Source of the DNA: Candidatus Spongiisociaceae bacterium | GTDB taxonomy: Bacteria > Actinomycetota > Acidimicrobiia > Spongiisociales > Spongiisociaceae | Length of the DNA stretch: 64,000 nucleotides | NCBI GenBank assembly: GCA_965202665.1 | Contig: OZ241841.1 | Span: 672,001-736,000 of the forward strand | Direction: 5' to 3' | Shown here: piece after piece, positions 41,355 through 50,600 of the stretch | How the letters are laid out: every line of letters begins with the position of its first letter | Position numbering within the stretch: the stretch's first letter is position 1 | Notes under the pieces: generated by a model | Seen by the model: the letters and a program-made list of their open reading frames with translations, nothing else | Told to the model about the DNA's origin: nothing | Database searches by the model: none | Program-made: the position numbers and the translations under genes

Positions 41355-42272
41355 ATGTCCCGAATGGAGGTGTCCGTGAGAAAGATGGGGTTGATGATGG
41401 GGGTGGCGGCGGTCGCCTTGTTGGCGACGGCCTGTGAAATGCGGTTCTACATAGGCCTGACGGTGGAAGAGGACGGCAGCGGGACCGTGTCGTACGACTT
41501 GGCCATCGATGAGGAATTGCGCGGCATGGCCGGAGACGAGTTTGACATCGACATGGGGGAGTTCATCGGGGAAGTGCTGAGCGTCGAGCCCGAGAATGTG
41601 CCCTGCGATGTGGAGCCTCTGCTCGATGGGGACTTCCAAGGGGCGCGAATGACGTGCTCCTTTGCGTCCTGGGAACAACTGATGGAAATGGCCATCCCTG
41701 TGGCGGAACAAGATACGTTCGAGCTACCGATGCCGCAATCGATGTCCGGCTTCCAACTGGAACGGGACGGCGACACGTTCCGTTTCCTGCTAGACGCCAC
41801 CGACATCAACCGGTCCTACGACGCGCCCCTCAGCGAGATGCCCATGGATATGGATATGAATCTGGACTGGGACTCCATCTATGACATCAGGTTCACCGCC
41901 ACCCTTCCCGGCGAGGTCGTCTCCCACAACGCCTCCGTGGTCGAAGGCAACACCCTCACTTGGTGGTTTCCCACCGCCGAACCCTGGCTGATGGCCGAAT
42001 CCCGGGTGTCGGGCGGTCTGAGCCCGGCGGCCCTCTGGTCGCTGATCGCGGTCGGAGTAGTAATCCTGGTAATGCTGATCCTGCGGTTCCGGCCGACGGG
42101 CAAAGCCGAACCCTCCCCGCCGGAACCCGGATCAGAATCCGACGCCGGCGCCGATCCGGAAACGGAGGAAGCGGCTGATCCGGAAACGGAGGAGACGCCG
42201 ACAACGGAAATGTCCGAAGCTGAAGGCGTCGCCGAACCTGATAGCGGGGAAGAGCAACGGCCAACCGAATAG
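41355..42272 (+). CDS. LppM/DUF3153-like lipoprotein with C-terminal TM anchor and acidic tail (start uncertain)
   Basis: LATAC lipobox, LTVEEDGSG, TLPGEVVSHNA..VEGNTLTW, TM helix. Confidence 0.7.
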   Translation: MSRMEVSVRKMGLMMGVAAVALLATACEMRFYIGLTVEEDGSGTVSYDLAIDEELRGMAGDEFDIDMGEFIGEVLSVEPENVPCDVEPLLDGDFQGARMTCSFASWEQLMEMAIPVAEQDTFELPMPQSMSGFQLERDGDTFRFLLDATDINRSYDAPLSEMPMDMDMNLDWDSIYDIRFTATLPGEVVSHNASVVEGNTLTWWFPTAEPWLMAESRVSGGLSPAALWSLIAVGVVILVMLILRFRPTGKAEPSPPEPGSESDAGADPETEEAADPETEETPTTEMSEAEGVAEPDSGEEQRPTE

Positions 42273-42366
42273 GCCCTGCCGCCCCACCCAATAGACAGGT
42301 ACGCCTCCAACCTATCGGTTACGTACGGGCGGCTTTAGGCGAACCGGTTTGTCCCGCCCCGAAAAG

Positions 42367-42401
42367 GGGTTCGCCGCGACCGGGGGAGTCGCGGCGAACC
42401 C
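42367..42401 (-). terminator. Intrinsic terminator downstream of the SLH gene
   Basis: 14-bp perfect stem GGGTTCGCCGCGAC/GTCGCGGCGAACCC followed by CTTTTC on the minus strand. Confidence 0.75.
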
Positions 42402-42415
42402 GGGGATGGAGAATG

Positions 42416-43736
42416 TCAGCTGTCGGGTGGGGTGTAGCCGGCCGCTATTAGCCGGGAGCGAATGCCGGCCGGCATGGAAGTTTCCAGAGTGGTGGTGCAT
42501 TCGGCGAGGCAACTGACGTCTTGGACTGTGAATGGGCGGGGCCGCACCGTGAACCAATATTCCTCCGTTGCGTCTTCACTTATTACGGTCCCACCGTAAC
42601 TCATAACCAACTTTACCTCTGGCGAAACCTCGCCCCAATTTCGGCGCTCCCACCATACGATGTTGCCGGGAAGATTGTCGCCCTCGCCAGCATGATCTCT
42701 CCCTACCCAACCACTTTCCTTACCGTACGCCAAAATCCGACCCGTAGGCTGAGTAGTGGTCGTGGCGGCCGAAGTCGTCGTGGTCGTGGTAGTGGTGGTA
42801 GTAGCGGGATCAACCTTGGAATACCTGTACCGGGTCGTCCAGTCACGCACCGCGGACGTAATGGGCAAGCCGCCTTCCGTGATGCAACCTTCCCTGTCGC
42901 CGCAATTCAACTGCACAGCTTCCACATCTTCAATAGTAAGCCGAACGAAAGTAATACTATTTTTCATTTTCAAATTTGCCGTGACGGTTTCGCCCTCGTC
43001 GTTCGTGCCGGTGACTTCCAACCTGGCGTACCCGTTGCTTTGCCACCAGTTGGAAAGCGGCCAATCCCGTTCTCGGTTGTAATCTCGGATTGCCAACTCC
43101 GACCAAACCAAGCTGCCACTCCGACCTTCGGAATCGAACCACCCGGTCTCAAAACCGTATCGGACCAAGTAGCGGGCGTCGGCGGAAGGCGCGGTCGTGG
43201 TAGTGGCCGCACCGGCAGCCGCGGTAGTAGTCGTCGCCTCCGTAGCGGTCGTGGTAGTCGTCGCCTCCGTAGCGGGCGCGGTCGGGTCATTCACTAGCGG
43301 CGGATTCGGATCAACGGGCCCCTCGCCGCCCGGACCGCCCGTCTCACCCGGACCACCGGTCGGTGCGGCGGCGGTGGTAGCAACCGGAGCAATAGTAGTT
43401 ATGGTGGTGGTGGTAATGCCAGCCGCCCGCAATCGGTCCATGCCTCCCCGGAGGAACACGGCCGCGTCGCCCCGGGTCAAACCGGGATGGGCCCGCCTGA
43501 TAACCCGGGCCAACTGCTCCTCGGATATCTGTCGGTCGGGACGGAAAGAACCGTCCGGATAGCCCCGGAACCACCCCTGCGCGTTTGCGTAGTTGATGTC
43601 CGCGCGACGCGGATCCTCAACTTGGATGTCGGTGAAGGAGTTCTGCCCCAGCACCACCCCCCACGCCAATGCCCATCAACACCGCCACCGCCACCGCGGC
43701 GAACCGGGTCGGCTTTCCAAATTTTGACCGCATCAT
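42416..43736 (-). pseudogene. Secreted S-layer-homology (SLH) domain protein with Thr-rich linkers; frameshifted near the 5' end as assembled
   Basis: FTDI...INYA..QGWFRGYPDGSFRPDRQI SLH motif; RBS, ATG (43736) and signal peptide lie in a different frame, joined if the C6 run at 43657-43662 loses one base. Confidence 0.7.
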
Positions 43737-43883
43737 GATGTCCTCCTTAGGGTTCGACGCGACCTGACCGGAGCCGAAACCAGCTCCAATGGATCAGCCT
43801 ATAAACGTTCCAGTTTTAAGTGTCAAACAGGGCCTGGGAGTCGGGCCGAACAGCCTCTCCGCCGGAGAGGGTAACCTGGGAGC

Positions 43884-44870
43884 ATGGTGAAAGTAAGGCT
43901 GTTCGCCGGGTTGCGGGAAACCGCCGGGACCGCCCAATTGGAAATGGAGGGGGCCACCGTGGGCGAGGTGGTGGAGGCCTTGGAACAACGTTTCGGCCCC
44001 GAGTTTTCCCGGAGGATGGAAACGGCCCGGGTGTGGCGAAACGGGGACGAAGCGAACCCGTCCGACCCGGTGGCCGACGGGGACGAAGTGGCCCTCATCC
44101 CCCCCGTCTCCGGCGGCACGGCCGCTTTCGGGGCGATGGCCGGTTCCGAACCGATGTTGCTGGCGGGGATCGTGTCCGGCGTGCTGGCCGTCAACTTCAT
44201 CGGCTCCGCGGCCCTGTTCGCGGCCGCCCTGGCAACGGTGATGATCCTGTGGATTTTGGACCTGTCCCGCACCGCCTCCGCCACCGGCCTGGCGATGGAC
44301 CCCCACCCGCTCCTGGCTTCCCTGGTGGTCTCGGTGGCCGCCACCCGGTTCGAGTTGGCCGGGATGGGGATCGGGGCCATGCTGTCGGTGGCGGCGGTGA
44401 TGGCGTGGGCCATGGCGCGCCCCGCCGCCCGCGACCTGACCTCCTTGGCCGCCTCCGCCTTGGCCGCCCTCTTCGTCTCCCTGGGAACGTCTTCCCTGCT
44501 CATCGCCCGCCTGTCCACCGACGGCGACCAGAAGGTGGCCGGTTTCATCATCGTCGTCACCGCCGGCACGCTGGCCTCCGGCCTGGCCGCCCGCTGGGGC
44601 AACCGGGTCATCGACCCGTCCATCGCGGTGGTTCCGTCGGTGTTGCCCGCCGCCCTGCTGGTGGCCTGGCTGGCCGGTTTCAACCTGCTGGGATGGTTCT
44701 TCATCGGCCTGCTCATGATTCCGGCCCTGATCGCCGGACAGGGCATCGGCTCCGCTTTTCGCACCGGCCTGGCCCATCCCACCTCCCCGCCGGGCGGCGT
44801 CCTGCCTTTGCTGGACGGCCCGCTGGCCGTGGCGGGATTGTTCGCCCCCCTGCTCTGGTTGCTGGCCTGA
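43884..44870 (+). CDS. MoaD/ThiS ubiquitin-like domain fused to a multi-pass membrane domain
   Basis: VKVRLFAGLRE.AG...DGDEVALIPPVSGG, then about 250 hydrophobic residues with no stop. Confidence 0.8.
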   Translation: MVKVRLFAGLRETAGTAQLEMEGATVGEVVEALEQRFGPEFSRRMETARVWRNGDEANPSDPVADGDEVALIPPVSGGTAAFGAMAGSEPMLLAGIVSGVLAVNFIGSAALFAAALATVMILWILDLSRTASATGLAMDPHPLLASLVVSVAATRFELAGMGIGAMLSVAAVMAWAMARPAARDLTSLAASALAALFVSLGTSSLLIARLSTDGDQKVAGFIIVVTAGTLASGLAARWGNRVIDPSIAVVPSVLPAALLVAWLAGFNLLGWFFIGLLMIPALIAGQGIGSAFRTGLAHPTSPPGGVLPLLDGPLAVAGLFAPLLWLLA

Positions 44871-44954
44871 TCCGGCCCGTCCGCCGCCCCTTGCCCGCCT
44901 TCCTCAAAATTTTTCTTGAAAATAAAGCCGGGGCCGGGTTAGCCTAAGCGGACA

Positions 44955-46079
44955 ATGTCAACCAGAACCCGAGCCGGGACGGCCGCCCTGCTCCTGCTAA
45001 TAGGAGTGGTAGGAGCCTCCTCCCCCACCGATGCGGTGACCAAGGCCGAAGTGGACGCGGCCTGCTCCGAATACCGGGATGCCAAAGACCGCTTGGACAC
45101 GGCCACCGCCGCCCGCGACCTGGCCACCGCCCGCTACGCCGAACTCTATTCCGACTTGGAGGAAACCTCCTACCGGGAGGAGCAGCTGACCGAACAGTTG
45201 CGGGAACGGGACGCGTTGGTGGAAGTGCGGGAACGGCAACTGGTGGAACAGGCGGTGGAGTTGTACATGGCGGCCGGGGCCGATCAGGGGCTGGAGGCGT
45301 CCCTGCTGGACGCGCGCACCGCCGACGAACTGATTCTCCGACAGGAGTTCCTGTCCTCCGTCACCACCCGGGGCCTGTCCGCCATCAGCGACATTCTGGC
45401 TTTGCAAACCCGGACCGAGGCGATGCGGAACGAACTGGCGGCCAGTGCCGACCGACTGGCCGTGCTGGAAGCGGAGGCGGGGGCGGTGGCCGCCGCCCTG
45501 TCCGCCGCCCAGCAGGAGTCGTTGGCCGCCGCCTCCGAACTGAAAGGGGAATGCAACCGCCTTTATTGGCAACGGGAGCGGGAGTTGGCCCGGCAACGGG
45601 CACTGGAAGCGGCCCGGGCCGCCGCCCGGCGGGCCAGCGGCGCGGCCGGGGTCGCCCAAAGCATCACCCCCGGTTTCCTCTGCCCCATGAACCCGGCCGC
45701 TTCCTCCTTCGTCAACGACTGGGGGAATCCCCGCTCCGGGGGGCGCACCCACAAGGGCAACGACCTGTTCGCCCCCATGGGCCAGCCCATGTACGCGGTG
45801 GCCAACGGGACCATCACTTTGACCAGGGGCGGATTGGGCGGATTGGGCATCTGGCTGTCCGCCGACCACGGAGTGGACTATTACTACGCCCATCTGAACG
45901 GCTACGCCCCGGGAATCGGAACCGGGACCAGGGTGCAACGGGGGCAGACCATCGGTTACAACGGCGACAGCGGCAACGCCCGGGGCGGCGCGCCGCACCT
46001 GCATTTCCAGATTCATCCGGGGGGCCGGGCCAGCCGGCCGGTCAACCCTTACCCGACCCTGTCGCGGGCCTGCAGGTAA
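44955..46079 (+). CDS. Secreted coiled-coil M23 peptidase (murein hydrolase/activator)
   Basis: Signal peptide, coiled coil, HKGND, YYYAHL, PHLHF. Confidence 0.9.
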   Translation: MSTRTRAGTAALLLLIGVVGASSPTDAVTKAEVDAACSEYRDAKDRLDTATAARDLATARYAELYSDLEETSYREEQLTEQLRERDALVEVRERQLVEQAVELYMAAGADQGLEASLLDARTADELILRQEFLSSVTTRGLSAISDILALQTRTEAMRNELAASADRLAVLEAEAGAVAAALSAAQQESLAAASELKGECNRLYWQRERELARQRALEAARAAARRASGAAGVAQSITPGFLCPMNPAASSFVNDWGNPRSGGRTHKGNDLFAPMGQPMYAVANGTITLTRGGLGGLGIWLSADHGVDYYYAHLNGYAPGIGTGTRVQRGQTIGYNGDSGNARGGAPHLHFQIHPGGRASRPVNPYPTLSRACR

Positions 46080-46083
46080 AACG

Positions 46084-46998
46084 GTGGGGGGCGGCCCGTC
46101 CGACGCGCCGCGTTTCCCCGGCCGCCCGCCGGCGGCCGCCCCGTCGATAGGCCCCTTCGCCGACCCGTTTTTTCTGGAAACCATCTGGCGGCGCACCGCC
46201 CGCCCCGGCCAGCGCCCGATCGTCCTGGCCGACGACCGGGGAAGCGCGGTCTTGGTGGAGGAAGCGGACGGCCTGTCCCTGGTGGGGCACGAGGACCTGG
46301 TGGACTACCGGTCGCCGCGGGGGGACGCCTCCGGCCTTTTGGCCGACTACCTGCGGGGGGAAGGCGGCGGACGGCGGATGCGGTTCGATTCTTTGCCCCG
46401 GGAAGCGGCCCGGATTTTCGAGACGGCCCTGCAACGGGCCGGGGCGGAATTCTCCGTTGCGGAACACGCCACGGCGGCGGTGATGCGCCTGCCCGGCTCC
46501 TACGAGGACTACCTGACCGGCCTGGGTAAAAAGGAACGGCACGAAACCCGGCGCAAACTCCGCCGGTTTCAGGCCGGCCTGGGCGCCCCCCGCCTGGCCG
46601 TCCATCACCGGCCGGGGCCGCACCTGGACCGGTTTTTCGAATTGCATCGGATGGCCGACGGGCCGAAAGGGTCGTTTATGACGCCGGCGATGGAAGCCCT
46701 GTTCGCCGATCTGCTGTCCGGGGAGGGGTGGCGGCTGGACGTCCTAACCGGGGAGGAGGGGGAGATGGCGGCCGCTTCCTTCGGATACGCCGACCGGGAA
46801 GGCTATTACCTGTACAATTCGTCTTACGATCCGCGCCTGCGGGGGGAGTCGCCGGGGGCGGTCCTGCTGACTTTGCTGGTGAAGCGGGCCATCGAGGAGG
46901 GACGGGAAGTGTTCGACTTTCTGAAAGGGGCGGAAACCTACAAATACCGCATGGGGGCGCAGGCCCGCCCCCTCTTTTTGATAGAAGGTTCCGCCTGA
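46084..46998 (+). CDS. GNAT family N-acetyltransferase (CelD/BcsL-like)
   Basis: LPGSYEDYL..LGKKERHE.RRK.RR, LYNS.YDP, SPG.VL, FDFLKG.E.YK. Confidence 0.82.
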   Translation: MGGGPSDAPRFPGRPPAAAPSIGPFADPFFLETIWRRTARPGQRPIVLADDRGSAVLVEEADGLSLVGHEDLVDYRSPRGDASGLLADYLRGEGGGRRMRFDSLPREAARIFETALQRAGAEFSVAEHATAAVMRLPGSYEDYLTGLGKKERHETRRKLRRFQAGLGAPRLAVHHRPGPHLDRFFELHRMADGPKGSFMTPAMEALFADLLSGEGWRLDVLTGEEGEMAAASFGYADREGYYLYNSSYDPRLRGESPGAVLLTLLVKRAIEEGREVFDFLKGAETYKYRMGAQARPLFLIEGSA

Positions 46999-47056
46999 AC
47001 CCGACCGGCGGGGCGGCGGGCGCGTAAAGTTTCAGCGGTATGGGCGGGCAAAGGAT

Positions 47057-48292
47057 ATGAGCGGCGGAACCATCCGGCGGGTGGCTTTCCTGTCCATGCA
47101 CACCTCCCCCCTGGATCAGCCGGGGACGGGGGAAGCGGGGGGGATGAACGTGTACATGGACGACTTGGGGACGGCCTTGGCGCGCCGGGGGGTGGAAACC
47201 ACCGTGTTCACCCGGCGGAGCGACCCTTCCCCGCCGAAGACGATGGAGACGGCGGGCGGATACCGGGTGACGCAGGTGGACGCCGGGCCGCCCTGGGCCT
47301 TGCCGGCGGGCGACCTGCCGATGTGGGTGGAAGAATACGCGGGGCGGGTGATCGAAGAGATGCGGGAGGAAGGGGGATTTGATTTGGCGCACAGCCACTA
47401 CTGGCTGTCCGGTTGGGCGGGGCGGATGGTCAAACAGGCCCTGGATTTGCCGTTGGCCAACTCTTTTCACACGCTGGGGCGGGTGAAAGACGCCACCCGG
47501 CGCCCCGGCCAGCCCCCCGAACCGCTGGGCCGCATCGCCGCCGAACATGAGGTGATAGCGGCCGCCGACTGCGTGATCGTCTCCAGCGAATACGAGGCCG
47601 ATGAGCTGATCGGCCATTACCGGGCCGACCCGGGCCGGGTGTGCATCAACCCGCCCGGCATCGACTTGGGCCTGTTCCGGCCCGGCGGCCGGACGGCCGC
47701 CCGTCGGGAGCTGGGCATGGGGGACGGGCCCCTGGTCCTGTTCGCGGGGCGCATCCAACCGCTGAAAGGGGCGGATGTGGCGGTGCGGGCTTTGGCGGCG
47801 GTGCGGGAGGTTCTGCCCGGGGCGAAGCTGGCCTTGGTGGGCGGGCCGAGCGGCCCGGACGGGGAAACCGAACTGGCCGCCCTGCGACGGGAGGCGGCGC
47901 GGCTGGGAGCGGAGGGGGCGGTGTCTTTATACGGCCCCCGCCCGCATCGGGAAATGCCCCTTTTCTATCAGGCGGCGGACGCGTTGGCGGTTCCTTCCCG
48001 GAGCGAATCTTTCTGCCTGGTGGCGGTGGAAGGGCAGGCCTGCGGGACGCCGGTGGTGGCCGCCAACGTGGGCGGGTTGCGTTACGTGGTGGCCGACCGG
48101 CGGTCGGGGATCCTGGTGGACGGGTGGGAGGCGGCCGACTACGGCAAAGCCCTGCTGTCGGTACTGGACTCCCCCGCCCTGCGGGAGGAACTGTCGGCGG
48201 GGGCGGCCGCCAACGCGCAGCGGTTCGGATGGGAGGTGTCCGCCGGGCGGCTGCTGGAGTTGTATCGGGGAATCGTGGATGGCGCGGGTTGA
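47057..48292 (+). CDS. mshA: D-inositol-3-phosphate glycosyltransferase (mycothiol biosynthesis)
   Basis: HTSPLDQPGTGEAGGMNVY, HSHYWLSG, GRIQPLKG.D, SESF.LVA.E.QACGTPVVA. Confidence 0.9.
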   Translation: MSGGTIRRVAFLSMHTSPLDQPGTGEAGGMNVYMDDLGTALARRGVETTVFTRRSDPSPPKTMETAGGYRVTQVDAGPPWALPAGDLPMWVEEYAGRVIEEMREEGGFDLAHSHYWLSGWAGRMVKQALDLPLANSFHTLGRVKDATRRPGQPPEPLGRIAAEHEVIAAADCVIVSSEYEADELIGHYRADPGRVCINPPGIDLGLFRPGGRTAARRELGMGDGPLVLFAGRIQPLKGADVAVRALAAVREVLPGAKLALVGGPSGPDGETELAALRREAARLGAEGAVSLYGPRPHREMPLFYQAADALAVPSRSESFCLVAVEGQACGTPVVAANVGGLRYVVADRRSGILVDGWEAADYGKALLSVLDSPALREELSAGAAANAQRFGWEVSAGRLLELYRGIVDGAG

Positions 48293-48710
48293 CCGGGCGC
48301 GGCTGACCGAACGGCTGGGAACGATTTTCACCGCCTGGGCGGAGGATCCCGACAGCGATGTGGTGGCCGCCGAACTGGTGGAGGGGCGGTGGGCGGTGCG
48401 GATGGCCCAGCACGTCCGCGATTTCACCACCGTGTGGGTCATCCCCGGGGACCTGACCGCGTCGTTCGAAGCCTACGTGTCGCCGCCTCCGCCCCGGCGG
48501 CGGGAAGAGGTGCTGCGCCTGTTGCTGTTCCGCAACCACGCCGCCTGGCGGGTTCATTTCGCGGTGGACCGGGCGGGCGAGATTTACCTGCGGGGCAAAC
48601 TGGAGGCGGAGCGGGCCGACGAGGAGGCCCTGCAATACGTGTTCGCCGAGATCTACCAGCTGGTGGAGCTGACTTTCCGCCTCATCATCCAAACCGGCTT
48701 CGCCCGCTGA
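48279..48710 (+). CDS. YbjN-domain protein
   Basis: RW.VRM....RDFTTVW, LL.RN, GEIYL.G, YQLVE..F...I..GF; usual partner downstream of mshA. Confidence 0.75.
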   Translation: MARVDRARLTERLGTIFTAWAEDPDSDVVAAELVEGRWAVRMAQHVRDFTTVWVIPGDLTASFEAYVSPPPPRRREEVLRLLLFRNHAAWRVHFAVDRAGEIYLRGKLEAERADEEALQYVFAEIYQLVELTFRLIIQTGFAR

Positions 48711-48754
48711 GCCGGACGGCGGTTTCGGGAACGCGAAAAATATCTTTCCCAAAC

Positions 48755-48860
48755 TTTTCTACAGGGGTTGTGCACAAAGCCGGGGGAAATCGTGGATAAC
48801 TGCCCAAAATAAAGAGTTTAGAGATAGATAACATTATTTAGATGTGTTTTTAGTATGGTT
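48755..48860. other. Cluster of DnaA-box-like sites plus AT-rich tract
   Basis: TTTTCTACA 48755, TTGTGCACA 48768, CGTGGATAA 48791 (reverse TTATCCACG), then about 55 bp of AT-rich DNA. Confidence 0.45.
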
Positions 48861-48893
48861 CACATAAAGCCGGGGGTAGGCTATGGTGGGGCT

Positions 48894-48976
48894 GGCAAGC
48901 CCGAGGTGCCTGCGAGCGGCCCAATCCGTCAGGGGAAGTGCGGAACAAGCCGAACAAGGGTTCCTCGGGCTTTGCC
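48894..48976 (+). ncRNA. Unassigned structured RNA (long irregular hairpin)
   Basis: GGCAAGCCCGAGG pairs with CCTCGGGCTTTGCC; inner stems CGGC/GCCG and CCGT/GCGG; TATGGT -10 upstream, TTT downstream. Confidence 0.45.
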
Positions 48977-49008
48977 TTTATGATGGGGGTTTCACCTAGC
49001 AGGGAGAT

Positions 49009-49833
49009 ATGACCGAACGCCCGCCCAACCGCCCTATCACTTTCCTGTCCGACTTCGGCTTCGCCGACGAGTTCGTGGGGGTGGTGCACGGGGTGATGGC
49101 CGCCATCGCCCCCGGTTGCCGGATAATCGACCTGCATCATCGGATCCCGGCCGGCAACGTGCGGGCGGGGGCTTTGGCTTTGATGCGGGCCATCCAGTAC
49201 ATGCCGCCGGGGGTGGCTTTGGCGGTGGTGGACCCGGGGGTGGGAACCGACCGGCGGGCGATCGCGTTGGAAACCGAGTGGGGGCATCTGGTGGGCCCGG
49301 ACAACGGCCTGCTTTCCCCGGCCGCCGCCCTGCTGGGCGGGGCGACCGCCGCCCATTCCATAGAAAACCCGGAGGTCCTGCTGCCGGGCCGGGGGGCGAC
49401 TTTCGAAGGGCGGGACCGGTTCGCCCCGGCGGCGGCGGTGCTGGCCGCCGGGGAAGCGGAGCTGGCCGAGTTGGGCCCGGCGGCGGACCCGCATTCCCTG
49501 ACCCCCCTGTTGCTGCCGTTGGCGGAAGTGGAGGAGGGCCGGGTGACCGGCCAGGCGTGGTGGGTGGACGGGTTCGGCAACGTGCAGACCAACATCTCCC
49601 CCGACGACCTAGCGGAAGCGGGCATCGCCCCGGAGAGCGAAGTGACGGTGCGGGTAGGCTCCGCCGAATACCAGGTCCCCTGGACCGACGCCTACGGAGA
49701 CGTCGGAGCGGGCGCCGCCCTGATGCACGTGGATTCCTCCGGCCTGATGGCCCTAGCCGTCCGAGGCGGCCGAGCCGACCGCCGCTTCCACCTATCAGAA
49801 TCCACCGCCGTAACCTTCACCTCCGCCCAATAG
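49009..49833 (+). CDS. SAM hydroxide adenosyltransferase / chlorinase-fluorinase family (DUF62)
   Basis: LSDFG, VVDPGVGTDRR, GPDNG, TFEGRD.FAP, VDGFGNVQTN. Confidence 0.9.
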   Translation: MTERPPNRPITFLSDFGFADEFVGVVHGVMAAIAPGCRIIDLHHRIPAGNVRAGALALMRAIQYMPPGVALAVVDPGVGTDRRAIALETEWGHLVGPDNGLLSPAAALLGGATAAHSIENPEVLLPGRGATFEGRDRFAPAAAVLAAGEAELAELGPAADPHSLTPLLLPLAEVEEGRVTGQAWWVDGFGNVQTNISPDDLAEAGIAPESEVTVRVGSAEYQVPWTDAYGDVGAGAALMHVDSSGLMALAVRGGRADRRFHLSESTAVTFTSAQ

Positions 49834-49867
49834 ATATTTGCCCGGCCAGGGTGGTAAGATTGCGGGC

Positions 49868-50194
49868 ATGCGGAACATCAATCTGGATTTAACCGCCATA
49901 GAACATTTCTGCCGGAAATGGCGCATCTCCGAGATGTGCCTGTTCGGTTCCGTCCTGCGCGGCGATTTCAACGAGGGGAGCGATGTGGACGTTCTGGTTT
50001 CCTACGAGGGAGATCACTACCTCGACCGCCCCACGCGCCTCAAAGCACAAGAAGAGCTGTCCGCCATTTTGGGCCGCAAAGTGGACTGGGTGAACCGGTT
50101 GGCTTTGTCCGACGAATGGGCCGCCAGCTGGTCGCCAAAACCGATAAGGGAAGAAATACTAAAAACCGCCCAGGTAATATATGCACACGCGTGA
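49868..50194 (+). CDS. mntA: Minimal nucleotidyltransferase (MNT) antitoxin
   Basis: GS-x10-DVD motif (FGSVLRGDFNEGSDVDVLV), LGRKVD. Confidence 0.85.
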   Translation: MRNINLDLTAIEHFCRKWRISEMCLFGSVLRGDFNEGSDVDVLVSYEGDHYLDRPTRLKAQEELSAILGRKVDWVNRLALSDEWAASWSPKPIREEILKTAQVIYAHA

Positions 50195-50534
50195 TATGTC
50201 AGACGAACAACGGCTGGAGATGATAGCAAGACACATTCCGGCATTACTGGATCTCACATCAATGAATCGCTATGAATTTATTAGATATGTCAACAGCGAC
50301 ACTCGAATAGGATATGGAGTTAGCAAAGCCTTGGAATTAGTAGGCGAAGCAGCATATTATATGACGACTAACGGGAAGATTACTTATTCAGAAATTGATT
50401 TTGAATACTGGGAAAACTGGCGACACGCTATTACGCATGCTTATGACAGTGTAGATTTTCGGGAAGTTTGGGAAACGATCTGGCAAAAGGTTCCTAGATT
50501 ATATAAAACACTTCAACAATACGGTCTGATATAA
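50181..50534 (+). CDS. hepT: HEPN (DUF86/HepT-like) RNase toxin
   Basis: LELVGEAA, RHAITHAY (Rx4HxY), VWETI; overlaps the MNT gene; AT-rich. Confidence 0.82.
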   Translation: MHTRDMSDEQRLEMIARHIPALLDLTSMNRYEFIRYVNSDTRIGYGVSKALELVGEAAYYMTTNGKITYSEIDFEYWENWRHAITHAYDSVDFREVWETIWQKVPRLYKTLQQYGLI

Positions 50535-50600
50535 AAATTAGTAAAAACTATTCTTTTACTATCCGCTAAGATAAATTATGTCGTTTAGGCAACTTTTCAA

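Noticed and set aside
42150-42200. Short tandem repeat (DPETEE twice) in the lipoprotein tail, and Thr runs in the SLH and binding proteins
   Set aside because: Common low-complexity linkers
48894-48976. Firm call as SRP RNA (ffs) or SAH riboswitch
   Set aside because: Key conserved nucleotides of each family are missing; kept only as an unassigned RNA
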